A stretch of DNA of 64,000 nt from a virus, in IMG/VR virus record IMGVR_UViG_3300020215_000050, positions 21,495 through 85,494 of that record; one strand, 5' to 3'. Below, piece after piece: positions 23,664-32,815 of this stretch; position 1 is the stretch's first letter; each line of letters starts with the position of its first letter. Position numbers and translations under genes: made by a program. The notes beneath the pieces were generated by a model. The model was not told the DNA's origin, made no database searches, and saw nothing but the letters and a program-made list of their open reading frames with translations.

Positions 23664-23936
23664 CTATTCGGCCGACTCATAGGTCTTCTCGAAGATGTCG
23701 TGCTTGCAGGGGTACAGCTCGCCGTTGACGCCCCGGATGATCCAGTCGCCCGGGTTGCACCGCATGATGCCCTCGATGGTGCGGATCGTCAGGTGCTTGG
23801 GCGAGGCGTTGTCCTTGACCTCGATGACGTAGTCGAACATCGCGGTCTCGATCCAGACGGGCTGCTTTGAGGAGAGGAACTTGTCGTCGAAGCGCACGGC
23901 CTCGATCACGACCGGCTTCTTGCGGTACTTACCCAT
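23664..23936 (-). CDS. Conserved phage protein (YRKKPVVIEA family)
   Basis: YRKKPVVIEA...TIEG...GDWII.GV.GE.YPCK.DIFEKTYE. Confidence 0.75.
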   Translation of the reverse strand: MGKYRKKPVVIEAVRFDDKFLSSKQPVWIETAMFDYVIEVKDNASPKHLTIRTIEGIMRCNPGDWIIRGVNGELYPCKHDIFEKTYESAE

Positions 23937-23953
23937 TGCGAAACTCCATAAGT

Positions 23954-24496
23954 TTAGGTCCAGTAGGGGGTCTTCACCTGGAACATTGCCCCGTTATCTA
24001 TGCGCCGGGCGGTGAGGCCCAGGTACTCCCGCTCGTGGCCGAGGGCGAGGTCCATCGCGTAGTTGAGACGGGAGAACTCCTTCCCCGTGTCGGGGTTGGT
24101 GAAGTCGGGTCGGATGATGAAGGCCTTCGCGGCCTCGACCATGTTGTTCTTGATCTCGGGGTGCTTGATGTAGTAGGTGACCGCCGAGTCGCGGAGCCTG
24201 CCGTATCCCCGGTTGAAGCAGACGTCGCAGAGGGCCGAGAACTGGTAGTCGTTGAGCTCGATGCCCTTGTAGAGGATGCGGACCTGCTTGCCGACGAACT
24301 CCAGGTCGTTCCTGAGGATCTCCCAGGCCTCCTGCTCCGTCAGCACCATGCCCTCCTTGACGAAGGGCGGGGTGCCCAGGTTGTTCGTGTGGCCGAACCC
24401 GATGACGAGCGACCCGTCCTTGTCGGGGTAGACCGTGGGAACGAAGACCTCCCACCTCGCCGTCATGTTGACGGACGGTGCCAGGATCGTGTTCAT
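23954..24496 (-). CDS. GH24-type lysozyme
   Basis: WE...VYPD..G...IGFGH, QFSALCD..FN.G, GL..RR. Confidence 0.8.
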   Translation of the reverse strand: MNTILAPSVNMTARWEVFVPTVYPDKDGSLVIGFGHTNNLGTPPFVKEGMVLTEQEAWEILRNDLEFVGKQVRILYKGIELNDYQFSALCDVCFNRGYGRLRDSAVTYYIKHPEIKNNMVEAAKAFIIRPDFTNPDTGKEFSRLNYAMDLALGHEREYLGLTARRIDNGAMFQVKTPYWT

Positions 24497-24699
24497 CGCT
24501 CCTCGTCGATGGGCTTACCTGATACGTCGTAGCACCAGGTAAGCTTGTCCTTGTTGACCGATCGCATCATCGCCGCCTCCGCGTCCTCCTTGGAGTCGAA
24601 CTCCGCGAGGGGCGCGGCGGTCTTCACGTCGGAGCCCCGATACAGCTTGAACTTGTTGTTCGGGGTGTGACGGATGATGTATGCGACGTTGTAGGCCAT
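24493..24699 (-). CDS. Hypothetical protein
   Basis: ORF track. Confidence 0.5.
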   Translation of the reverse strand: MAYNVAYIIRHTPNNKFKLYRGSDVKTAAPLAEFDSKEDAEAAMMRSVNKDKLTWCYDVSGKPIDEER

Positions 24700-24700
24700 G

Positions 24701-25273
24701 CTACGCGTCGACGATGCCGCCGGTGCTGACGCCCGGGTCGGTCGGCTCCTCGACCGCCGGCTCGTTCATCTTGTCCACGGCCACGGCCTCGTCGGCCACG
24801 CCTTCGACCTCGGCCCTGTAGGCGTCGAACTCGGCCCGGGCGAACGCCGCGTCGGCGACTGCAGCCTCGGCTGCGTTCCATGCGTTTATGGCGTCGGCCT
24901 TGGCTGCCTCGGCCGCGGCGAGTGCGTCGGCCGCTGCCTTCTCGGCTGCCGCGATCATCGCGTCCTTGCGGGCGAGGTCGGCCTTGATGCCTTCGAGGGA
25001 AGCCCTCAGTTTGTCAATTGCGCTCATTAGTTCCTCCTTGGATTCGTTGATTGCGCGTATGATGTCATCGTTACTGCTCGGCTGGGGGGTAGGGGTCGGT
25101 TCCTCCGGCTCGCACGGCTCATCGGGCTCGACCACGGGCGGCTGCCTGGGAGGCCAGAAGTCCTTCCACCAGACCTGGTCCCGCTTCTTTCCTTGCTTCC
25201 ACATCCGCATGCTAGTCAGCCAGATGCTTAGCGACGCGAGCGCGAAAAGCGTCCATGTCGAAACTCGGGTCAA
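24701..25273 (-). CDS. Pro-rich linker plus Ala-rich coiled-coil protein, possibly spanin-like
   Basis: Lies between two lysins; weakly hydrophobic N-terminus; start uncertain. Confidence 0.4.
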   Translation of the reverse strand: MTRVSTWTLFALASLSIWLTSMRMWKQGKKRDQVWWKDFWPPRQPPVVEPDEPCEPEEPTPTPQPSSNDDIIRAINESKEELMSAIDKLRASLEGIKADLARKDAMIAAAEKAAADALAAAEAAKADAINAWNAAEAAVADAAFARAEFDAYRAEVEGVADEAVAVDKMNEPAVEEPTDPGVSTGGIVDA

Positions 25274-25751
25274 TCTTTCTCCCCTTCGGCAGCGCGTACT
25301 CCTTGTGCCCGCAGCACCAGGACTCGTCCTTGTCCAGCTTCTTCAGGATCGCGGCGACCCCGCGGGCGTAGCTGTCGAGCTGGGCCTCAGGCCACGGCTC
25401 GCCGATCCCGTCGTTCTCGGCCTCGATGCCGATGGCCCAGGCGTTTCCGCTCGAGACGCCCTTCCAAAAACCCGCCCCCGCGTGGTTGCTCTTGCCCGCC
25501 GCCGTCACGTGCCAGGTGCCGTCCCTCGCCAGCACGAGCTGGGAGAGCGGCCCGGCCAGGTCGTGCCTGCCCTCGGCGACGAGCTTGAGGGACGGGGCGT
25601 TGCCCGACTTCTTGTTCGAGGCGGTGTGGTGACAGATGATGAACTTGGGATTGAGCGGGCCCCTGCCTCGGTCCCGCCAGCCCGGGTACTCAACCACCTT
25701 GAGACCCGCCGCCCTCAGCACCCCCGGAAGCCACTGGAGAGAGTTTACCAT
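25212..25751 (-). CDS. N-acetylmuramoyl-L-alanine amidase (Amidase_2)
   Basis: ICHHTA, SNHAG, IGIEAEN, GHKE...KIDP. Confidence 0.88.
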   Translation of the reverse strand: MVNSLQWLPGVLRAAGLKVVEYPGWRDRGRGPLNPKFIICHHTASNKKSGNAPSLKLVAEGRHDLAGPLSQLVLARDGTWHVTAAGKSNHAGAGFWKGVSSGNAWAIGIEAENDGIGEPWPEAQLDSYARGVAAILKKLDKDESWCCGHKEYALPKGRKIDPSFDMDAFRARVAKHLAD

Positions 25752-26238
25752 TACGACCCTCGTTACTCTTAATGTTCTCTTCGTTGGCCGTATTTATTGC
25801 CTCCGCGGCTTTCACCCGCTGCCTAAGCTCTGTCGTGCTCCACGTGTGACCCCGCGGCACGTAGATTATTTTCATCGGCCCCATCGGCGAGTAGAGGTGG
25901 CTCCCCGTCACGCTCCTCCCCTTCCAGTCCTCGCCGACGAACCGGACGTCGTGGGGGAGTGTCCTGACCAGGTTGTCGAGGTCGGACTCGCTTGAGTAGG
26001 GGATGACGTCGTCCACCCAGCGGACACCCTTGACCTGGACCCACCTCTCGTAGACCGTCTGGACGGGCCGGTTCTTGTCGGGCCTGTCGACGACGTCCGT
26101 CTGGAGGCCGACGACCAGGCGGTCGCAGTGCTGCTTGCAGAACTCGAGCATCCTGACGTGGCCCGCGTGGAGCAGGTCGAACGTCGAGCAGGTGAACCCT
26201 ACCTTAGCGCGGGGATTGAAGCCGTTTCCGTTAGCCAT
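25690..26238 (-). CDS. TagD-like cytidylyltransferase
   Basis: TFDLLHAGH (HxGH), GEDW, STT; ATG at 26238. Confidence 0.85.
   Translation of the reverse strand: MANGNGFNPRAKVGFTCSTFDLLHAGHVRMLEFCKQHCDRLVVGLQTDVVDRPDKNRPVQTVYERWVQVKGVRWVDDVIPYSSESDLDNLVRTLPHDVRFVGEDWKGRSVTGSHLYSPMGPMKIIYVPRGHTWSTTELRQRVKAAEAINTANEENIKSNEGRNGKLSPVASGGAEGGGSQGG
25791..25798 (-). promoter_or_regulatory. Late promoter (AATAAATA)
   Basis: Upstream of the amidase. Confidence 0.65.
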
Positions 26239-26861
26239 AGTCTGTTCGCCTCCAGGGTGTCGATCCACTTGAGCTGGGTGGTGGTCGTCCAGCGACCTTC
26301 CGTGTCCCGCCTGTCCCAGATCCACCAGGCGTACGGGACCATGCCGCCGAGCTGCTTTCCCTCGTCGAAGAGGGACTCGTCGCAGTTGAACCGGGCCGTA
26401 AAGGCGAGCACCCGGGTCGGCGGGGTGTCCCTGAACAGGTTTCGGTACCGCCTCGTGCTCTCGGCGAACGTCAGCCGGCACAGGAAGGCGGTGTAGAGGT
26501 AGCCCAGTTTGTGGGCGGAGTGGATGAACTTCTCCGCCATGTCCTGCCCGTAGGGCGGGTTGGTGACGATCGCGTCCACGTCCAGTCGGATGGACGGGTC
26601 GATGAAGTCGATCCAGGGCCACACGTCGAACAGCTGCTCCTCGTACTGGTGGAGGTCCGTGGCGTGGACGTCGTAGCCGAGTCGGGCGAGCTCGCGGGCC
26701 ATCCAGCCCCTCCCCGCCGCGGGCTCCCAGATCCTCTGCGGGAGCCTCTCGTGCAGGTGGAGCGCGTAGGTGGCGATGGGCGGGGTCGGGTAGTGGTCGT
26801 TCGGGTTCCTGTCACGGCCCTCCTTGACCCGGTTGCCGACGTGCATCTTCTCGAAGCCCAT
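26199..26861 (-). CDS. N6-adenine/N4-cytosine DNA methyltransferase
   Basis: D.YPTP, IWEPAAGRG, IVTNPPY, YAWWIW. Confidence 0.82.
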   Translation of the reverse strand: MGFEKMHVGNRVKEGRDRNPNDHYPTPPIATYALHLHERLPQRIWEPAAGRGWMARELARLGYDVHATDLHQYEEQLFDVWPWIDFIDPSIRLDVDAIVTNPPYGQDMAEKFIHSAHKLGYLYTAFLCRLTFAESTRRYRNLFRDTPPTRVLAFTARFNCDESLFDEGKQLGGMVPYAWWIWDRRDTEGRWTTTTQLKWIDTLEANRLWLTETASIPALR

Positions 26862-28570
26862 CAGATCGCCGTCAGCCTGTTGAAGTTGCCCGCCTTCTCG
26901 AACAGGATCGCCCTGTCGAACTGGTCGAGCACCTGGTCCGTCTTGTGGCTGATGACGAACGCGTTGTCGGAGTCGAGCGACCGCAGGATGTTCAGGAACG
27001 TCTCCGTCCCGTACTTGTCGAGGCAGCTGTCCATGATCTCGTCGAGGATCAGCAGGTTCGTGTTCGCCGAGTTCCTCAGCCGGGCGATGGCCCGGAAGGT
27101 GAAGAGGAGGGCGATGTCGATCCTGAATTTCTCCCCCGCCGAGAAGTTGTGGTAGTTCTGCTCGTCCCTGCCCCGGCCCAGGATCGTCTCCTCGAAGTTC
27201 TCGTTGAACTCGAACCCGACGTAGAAGTCCAGGTCGGCCAGGTACTTCTTGAGCAGCTTGTTGATCACGGGGATGTACTGCTTGATGATCGCCGCCTTGA
27301 TGCCCGAGTCCTTGAGCAGGGTGGACACGGTCGACAGCGCCTCCCTCTCCCTCGTGAGCTCCCGCCTCTCGAGGTCCACGTCGGCGAGCTCGAGCTGGTA
27401 CTTCTCGATGTACTCCCCGTGGTAGACGTTGGGGTCCCGCTCGAGGGCCTTCTTGATCTTCGCCTCGATGGACCGGATCTCGGCGGCGAGGGAGGTTATC
27501 GTCTGCTTGTGGAGGAGCAGCTCCGTTGAGAGGTCCTGGTACGCCTTTTTATCATCGCGAATCCGCCGGGCCTCCTCGTCGAGTGCGACGTGCTTGTCCT
27601 CCTCCTGCTTCCTCAGCGTCTCGTACTGCTGGATCGCGTGCCTCGCCTGGGACGTCTCGCGCGCCCGGTGGTCGTCGTCCATCTCCTGCCCGCAGGTGGG
27701 GCACGAGGTCTTGTCCTCGTAGAAGGCGATGTCGTCGTGCTTCTCGGCGATCAGGTGGTCGTAGGTGTGGATCATCTTGAGGACCGACTGCAGCTCCCGC
27801 TTGTTCTCGTCCTCCTTGTGGAGCGACGGCTCGAGGGCCCGCATGTTCCTCAGGGTCTCCTCGAACTGGTTCAGCGTGGCGACGCCCTTCTCTTCGGCGG
27901 CCCGCTTCTCGGCGTTGAGGTCCTCGATCTCCTCCTCGACGTTGGTCGCCACCTGCCTCTTGAGGTTCTCGTGGATGGCGATCTTGTCCTCCAGGGAGGC
28001 CCGCTTCCTGTCCGCGTCCGCCAATCGGTCCCTGTTGTCGTCGACCCGCGTCTTGAGGAGGACGTTCATGACCGAGAAGACCTCGATGTCGAGCAGCTTC
28101 TCGATCATCTCCCGCCTCTGCGCCGCCGGCTGCTCCATGAAGGGCACGTGGCGGTTCGACATGATCACGCACTGCATGAACGTCTTGTGGTTCATCTTCA
28201 GGATGCGCTCGAGGAACTCCTGGTCGTCCCTCACCGAGGCCAGCGCCTTGAGCGAGGAGCCGTTCTGTAGGATCTCGAAGAGGTTGGGCTTCACGCCCCT
28301 CCTGACGAGCCAGTTGGACCCGCCCGCCACGAACTCCACCTCGCACAGGCAGTCCTTCTTGTTGATCGAGTTGACGACCCCGCTCTTGTTGAGCTTGCGC
28401 ACGGGCTTCCCGTACAGGGCGAAGCTGATGGCCTCCAGGAACGTCGTCTTGCCCGCCCCGTTCTCCCCGCAGAACAGGGTCGTCTTGGCGGCGTCGATCT
28501 GGATCTCGTTGAAGGTATTCCCGGTAGAAAGAAAGTTCTTCCACCGGACTTTCTTGAAGGTGATCTGCAT
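26861..28570 (-). CDS. gp46: Recombination ATPase, T4 gp46 (SbcC/Rad50-like)
   Basis: GENGAGKT, CPTC hook, FSAGE, LILDE. Confidence 0.95.
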   Translation of the reverse strand: MQITFKKVRWKNFLSTGNTFNEIQIDAAKTTLFCGENGAGKTTFLEAISFALYGKPVRKLNKSGVVNSINKKDCLCEVEFVAGGSNWLVRRGVKPNLFEILQNGSSLKALASVRDDQEFLERILKMNHKTFMQCVIMSNRHVPFMEQPAAQRREMIEKLLDIEVFSVMNVLLKTRVDDNRDRLADADRKRASLEDKIAIHENLKRQVATNVEEEIEDLNAEKRAAEEKGVATLNQFEETLRNMRALEPSLHKEDENKRELQSVLKMIHTYDHLIAEKHDDIAFYEDKTSCPTCGQEMDDDHRARETSQARHAIQQYETLRKQEEDKHVALDEEARRIRDDKKAYQDLSTELLLHKQTITSLAAEIRSIEAKIKKALERDPNVYHGEYIEKYQLELADVDLERRELTREREALSTVSTLLKDSGIKAAIIKQYIPVINKLLKKYLADLDFYVGFEFNENFEETILGRGRDEQNYHNFSAGEKFRIDIALLFTFRAIARLRNSANTNLLILDEIMDSCLDKYGTETFLNILRSLDSDNAFVISHKTDQVLDQFDRAILFEKAGNFNRLTAI

Positions 28571-29637
28571 TACGACTCGAGGTTGAGGGCTTCGTTATAT
28601 AGGTCGAGCACGAGGGACTCGACGCGGGCCTTGTCCGCCTGCGTCTCCACGCCCTCGACGTACTTCTTGATCGCGGTGATCGTGTCCTCGGTGCCCTCGA
28701 GCACCTCCTCGTCCGTGACGAGGTTGGCGTTCTTGTGGTCGTCGACGATCTGCACGCCCGCCGGTCCGCCCTTCTCGAGCTGGCCGATTATGCTGTCGAA
28801 CAGGAACGGGTTCTCTTTGTTCTTCACGATGACCTTCACGTGCTTGCCCCTGTACTTCTCGTAGTCGCCCGGGAGGAGGCCGAAGTCCTCGAAGCCGACG
28901 TCGTCGTAGACGAACGCCTCGTAGAGGTTGTATGGGTTGGGGACGAACTCGAGCTCCAATGACGAGGTGTCTAGTACGTGGAAGCCCCTTTCGTCCCCGA
29001 AGTCCGACCAGTCCTGCTGGGAGTGGGAGCCCAGGTAGGTGATGTTTCCCTTGGTCTGCTTCTTGTGGTAGTGTCCCGAGAGGACGAGCTCGAACCTGCT
29101 GAACTCGCCGGCCCTGAAGCCCTTCTCGGAGAGGACGCCCTTGCGGTAGAGGAAGCCCTGGATGTCGAGGTGGCCCGCGGCGACCCGCGCGCTGGTTGCG
29201 GCCATGGCCCCCTGGATCGCGCCCTGGTTCTCCTTCGTGGAGTAGGGGAGGAGGAGGAACCGGCAGTCGCCGATCGTCGTCTCCGTCGGGAACTCGATGA
29301 CGTGGATCCTGGGCAGCCAGCCCGCGAGCTCCCGCCACGAGTTGACCTGGAGGGTGTCCCTGTAGTAGGAGTCGTGGTTGCCCACCACCCCGTAGAGGTG
29401 GAGCCGCCTGTCGGCGAGCGGGTGGAAGAAGGTGCACCTCATGTTGTGGGCGGTCCAGAACGAGATCGACTGCCTCTTGTGGGTGAGGTCGCCGAGGTGG
29501 AGCACCGTCTCGATGCCGAGCTGGTCGATCTTGGGGAAGAACACCTCGCCGAAGAACTTCTCGTTGGCGTCGTGGACCATCTGGGACGAGTCCTGGACGC
29601 CGAAGTGGGTGTCGGTTATGATCGCGATCTTAGTCAT
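28570..29637 (-). CDS. gp47: Recombination nuclease, T4 gp47 (SbcD/Mre11-like)
   Basis: ITDTHFG, HLGD, GNHD, SGHYH. Confidence 0.95.
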   Translation of the reverse strand: MTKIAIITDTHFGVQDSSQMVHDANEKFFGEVFFPKIDQLGIETVLHLGDLTHKRQSISFWTAHNMRCTFFHPLADRRLHLYGVVGNHDSYYRDTLQVNSWRELAGWLPRIHVIEFPTETTIGDCRFLLLPYSTKENQGAIQGAMAATSARVAAGHLDIQGFLYRKGVLSEKGFRAGEFSRFELVLSGHYHKKQTKGNITYLGSHSQQDWSDFGDERGFHVLDTSSLELEFVPNPYNLYEAFVYDDVGFEDFGLLPGDYEKYRGKHVKVIVKNKENPFLFDSIIGQLEKGGPAGVQIVDDHKNANLVTDEEVLEGTEDTITAIKKYVEGVETQADKARVESLVLDLYNEALNLES

Positions 29638-30226
29638 CGAGGGAGGCCTGCTCGGCGTCGTCGACCCGCTTGCCCTGCCTCTTCTGGCGGTTCTCCTCCT
29701 CCTTCGCCTCGAAGTTCCGGACGAGCTCGCTCATGTAGGGGTTGGCCAAGTTCTTCTCCGCGCCGGCCGAGCCCGTGGGTCTACCGTCCTGCTCCTGGTC
29801 GATCAGGTGGGCGTTGTTGATGACGTACGCCTCCGTCGCCTTGTGCTTGATGTAGAGCTGCTTCTTCTCCTTCTGGATCCTCCTCAGGAAGGCCCTCAGG
29901 ATGATGAGGCTGAAGTAGCCGAAGGGGTTGGTGCTCTTCGCCGGGTCGAAGTTGTCGATGGCCGAGACGCAGTTCTCGATCGCGTCGCCGACCATGTCTT
30001 CCCTGAACGGGTAGTTGATGAAGTTGTGCTTGAGCGAGTAGCGGTTCGCGATGAGCCAGAAGCACTCCCCGATGTACTCGGGGATCCTGGGGCGGATCCC
30101 GCCCTCCCTCTCAGCGTCCTCGACGGCGCTCTTGAACTTGACCAGCTCCGTGAACATCTTCTTGTTGTTCACGTAGTGGCGGCTCTCCTTGGGGGGTTTC
30201 GCCCCCATCTTCGTTTCTTGGGTCAT
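29630..30226 (-). CDS. gp55: Late-transcription sigma factor
   Basis: HYVNN, YIGEC, NFINY.FREDM..DAIENC, NPFGYF. Confidence 0.95.
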   Translation of the reverse strand: MTQETKMGAKPPKESRHYVNNKKMFTELVKFKSAVEDAEREGGIRPRIPEYIGECFWLIANRYSLKHNFINYPFREDMVGDAIENCVSAIDNFDPAKSTNPFGYFSLIILRAFLRRIQKEKKQLYIKHKATEAYVINNAHLIDQEQDGRPTGSAGAEKNLANPYMSELVRNFEAKEEENRQKRQGKRVDDAEQASLDD

Positions 30227-30482
30227 CCGACCTCTCTGTCCATCCGGACCGTCGAGACTATGGGTACACAGCTGATTCGCTGGGAGTCAAACAAAAATGT
30301 GCCAAAAATCGACCTTAAATTGGTATAACCTTCCTACGGGAATTTGTGATCGAGGCCCGGTTCAACCACCGCCGGCGATTAACGCGAGTTAACTTGACAA
30401 GGCTTCATCCAATGTTTACTCGGCGCGCCAGCGACGGGCGCGGAATAGATCAGGGTCCGCTCAAGGAACATCAATCAAGCTT

Positions 30483-32048
30483 CTAGAAACCTTCATCGAG
30501 TGCTTCATTGAACTCCTTGTCGTCGAAAGAGAAGCCAGTTCCCCCGGCTTTGCTGACAGTACCGTCCCAGGCCCCGATGAGGTCGACGTCGACGAAGCGG
30601 TACTTGAACCCCTCCCGGCCGTACTGCTCAATCCTTGACTCCATCTGCCGCCACGTGAGATTGTTCCACTTCTTCCAGCGGAGGTCGTCGGCGACGTCCC
30701 AGACGGTGCAGCGGCTCTTGCCCTCGGCCGTCCTCAGCCCGCGACCGATCGACTGGAGGAGCCGGATCTTGGACCTGAACGGGGAGGCGAAGACGACGTG
30801 GTGAAGCCTGCGAATGTTTATCCCAGTGGAAAAGACGCCGTAGCTGGCGACGGTCACGCACCCGTCGGAAAGCTCGACGGCGCGTCGGATCTCCTCTCGC
30901 TCCTCCTTCGACACCCCTCCGTGTACGAAGTGTGTCTCGGGTCCAAGGGCCTCTACGAGAACTTCCCCCTGAAGCTTCACCAGCCTGAACAGGACGAGCA
31001 CGTTGCCCTTAAGTCCCTTGACCAGGTCTGCGATCATGCGGACGCGGCCCTGGTGGCCGACGATGGTGCGCATCTCCTCCTGAAAGGCATGCCTGTCTCC
31101 AAGCTTCTTGGCGGCCATGACCCCCGCGTAGTTAAGCTTACGGACGTTCTCGCTGTAGCGTGCACGAACTACGTTGACCTCAAGCTTGGCGACGAAGCCC
31201 TGGTCCATCAGGGTCTTTGTGTCGACCTCCTTGATCAGTGGACCAAACAGGCCCTCGAGCACCATCAGGTGGACCTTGGAGCCGTCGAGGGATCCGGTAA
31301 AGCCGTGACGGAAGCGGACCTCGTTGGCCTTCTCCATGATGCCCTGCAGGGACTTGGCGTCAAACCCATGGGCCTCGTCTCCTATTATACACCCAAACTG
31401 GTTGAACCATGGCCGGGGAAGCTTGTAGACGCTCTGCCAGGTGGTAACCACGTATGGCCCCTTTCCTTCGACGTCCTTTGGAACCCCCCCAACTATCTGA
31501 TAGGGGTCGACCCTGCCGCCGGAGTAGTCCGCGAAGTCGCCGGCCATCTGAGTTACGAGGCCCTTGTTGGGGACGATGACGAGGGAGGGCCTACCTGTCG
31601 TCTGCGCGTAGTGGCTGCAGAGGGCGTAGATGATGATGCTCTTGCCCGAGGAGGTGGGGGAGATGACTAGCGACCGGTCCCGCTCGAGGCACTTCCGGAT
31701 CGTCACCATCTGGTAGTCGCGCTTCTCGAACGCCGACCTCACCGCCTGCGACCACCAGGTCTCGTCAAGCTTGTAGCCGACGGGGTACAGCTCGGGGTCG
31801 ATCCTCAGCTCGTAGCGACGCTGCCGGCAGAACTCGACGAGCCGGTAGATGTTGCCCCGGTAGAGCATGCGGAGGAGGGGGTTGAACAGCCGGATCTTGC
31901 CGTCCCACACGCCGAGCTTGACCTTGGGGCTCCACTTGGCGCCGGGCACTTCGAACGTGAAGAGGTCCGCGAGCTCCTGGGCTATTCCGTCGTCGCACTC
32001 AACGAAGCAGAATGTCTCGTCGACGCGACGGACGTCTACGACGTCCAA
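30483..32048 (-). CDS. uvsW: UvsW RNA-DNA helicase
   Basis: WDGKIRLF, SPTSSGKS, GDEAH, LQSIGRGLR. Confidence 0.95.
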   Translation of the reverse strand: MDVVDVRRVDETFCFVECDDGIAQELADLFTFEVPGAKWSPKVKLGVWDGKIRLFNPLLRMLYRGNIYRLVEFCRQRRYELRIDPELYPVGYKLDETWWSQAVRSAFEKRDYQMVTIRKCLERDRSLVISPTSSGKSIIIYALCSHYAQTTGRPSLVIVPNKGLVTQMAGDFADYSGGRVDPYQIVGGVPKDVEGKGPYVVTTWQSVYKLPRPWFNQFGCIIGDEAHGFDAKSLQGIMEKANEVRFRHGFTGSLDGSKVHLMVLEGLFGPLIKEVDTKTLMDQGFVAKLEVNVVRARYSENVRKLNYAGVMAAKKLGDRHAFQEEMRTIVGHQGRVRMIADLVKGLKGNVLVLFRLVKLQGEVLVEALGPETHFVHGGVSKEEREEIRRAVELSDGCVTVASYGVFSTGINIRRLHHVVFASPFRSKIRLLQSIGRGLRTAEGKSRCTVWDVADDLRWKKWNNLTWRQMESRIEQYGREGFKYRFVDVDLIGAWDGTVSKAGGTGFSFDDKEFNEALDEGF

Positions 32049-32215
32049 TTACCGGGATCCGCCTTCATCTTCTTGTAGACGAAGTGAGGTCGGATCTCCT
32101 TCCTGTAGCGGAGGTACCAGAGCGTGTCGCCCCACCGCCAGGCGACGATGAAGCCGTCGCTCCTGGGGTGGACGTTGAGGCCCGTTCTGTAGGTGTGCTC
32201 GCCGATGTGGATCAT
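32036..32215 (-). CDS. Small hypothetical protein
   Basis: Manual ORF MIHIGEHTY...; ATGA overlap with uvsY. Confidence 0.4.
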   Translation of the reverse strand: MIHIGEHTYRTGLNVHPRSDGFIVAWRWGDTLWYLRYRKEIRPHFVYKKMKADPGNWTS

Positions 32216-32649
32216 GATATGCCGGCCTTGAAGAGGAGGTACTTTACGGCGTTGCCGATGGTAAAGCTTCGGCTATTTATCGAGTGCACGATGGATTCGA
32301 GGAGCTTCACCTTCTCCTGCTGGAGGCCGATCCTGAGGTTGAGCTGGATCATGTCGTCGTCCGCGGCGAGGTACATGTCGACGTCGTTCTTCAGCACCCT
32401 CTTCCGCTCGGGCTCCCAGCCCCTCTCCTTGAGCTCGTCGACGGACATCATGCCCGTCAGCCTCTCCCACTTGGCGAGGCGGAGCCTGTCCCGGTCGGCC
32501 TCCAGGTTGCGCATGATCATGCGCTCCTCGGAGAGGAACCTGCTGTACTTGGCGTGGAGTCGGGGGATGTCGCGGGAGTGGTCGTCGAGGCGGTCGGCCT
32601 CTATGACGGCGTCCTTCGCCCACTCATTGTTTATTTCGTCTAACCGCAC
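32212..32649 (-). CDS. uvsY: UvsY recombination mediator
   Basis: IP.LHAKY, D...Y..AD, I.NA.....F..G; adjacent to uvsW. Confidence 0.88.
   Translation of the reverse strand: MRLDEINNEWAKDAVIEADRLDDHSRDIPRLHAKYSRFLSEERMIMRNLEADRDRLRLAKWERLTGMMSVDELKERGWEPERKRVLKNDVDMYLAADDDMIQLNLRIGLQQEKVKLLESIVHSINSRSFTIGNAVKYLLFKAGIS
32274..32281 (-). promoter_or_regulatory. Late promoter (GATAAATA)
   Basis: Inside the uvsY 3' end, upstream of uvsW. Confidence 0.55.
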
Positions 32650-32755
32650 GTCGAAACATCGATCTCATGCTGGGGAATACGATGACCTTGGCCCTCGGCC
32701 CGCGCTTCCGACGGGACTTCTTGTACGGCTTGGGGAACTGAACGACGACGCCCAT
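32624..32755 (-). CDS. 43-aa basic peptide with two VxxFP motifs
   Basis: Manual ORF MGVVVQFPKP...KVIVFPS; GGAG SD. Confidence 0.4.
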   Translation of the reverse strand: MGVVVQFPKPYKKSRRKRGPRAKVIVFPSMRSMFRRAVRRNKQ

Positions 32756-32815
32756 GCGACCTCCACTATACCCGTACAGCCTAAGCAGGCGCCGAGCCGA
32801 AAGTCAAATTAAATT

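Noticed and set aside
24830-24965. GC(A/T)GCC-type short repeats as a regulatory array
   Set aside because: They simply encode an Ala-rich coiled coil.
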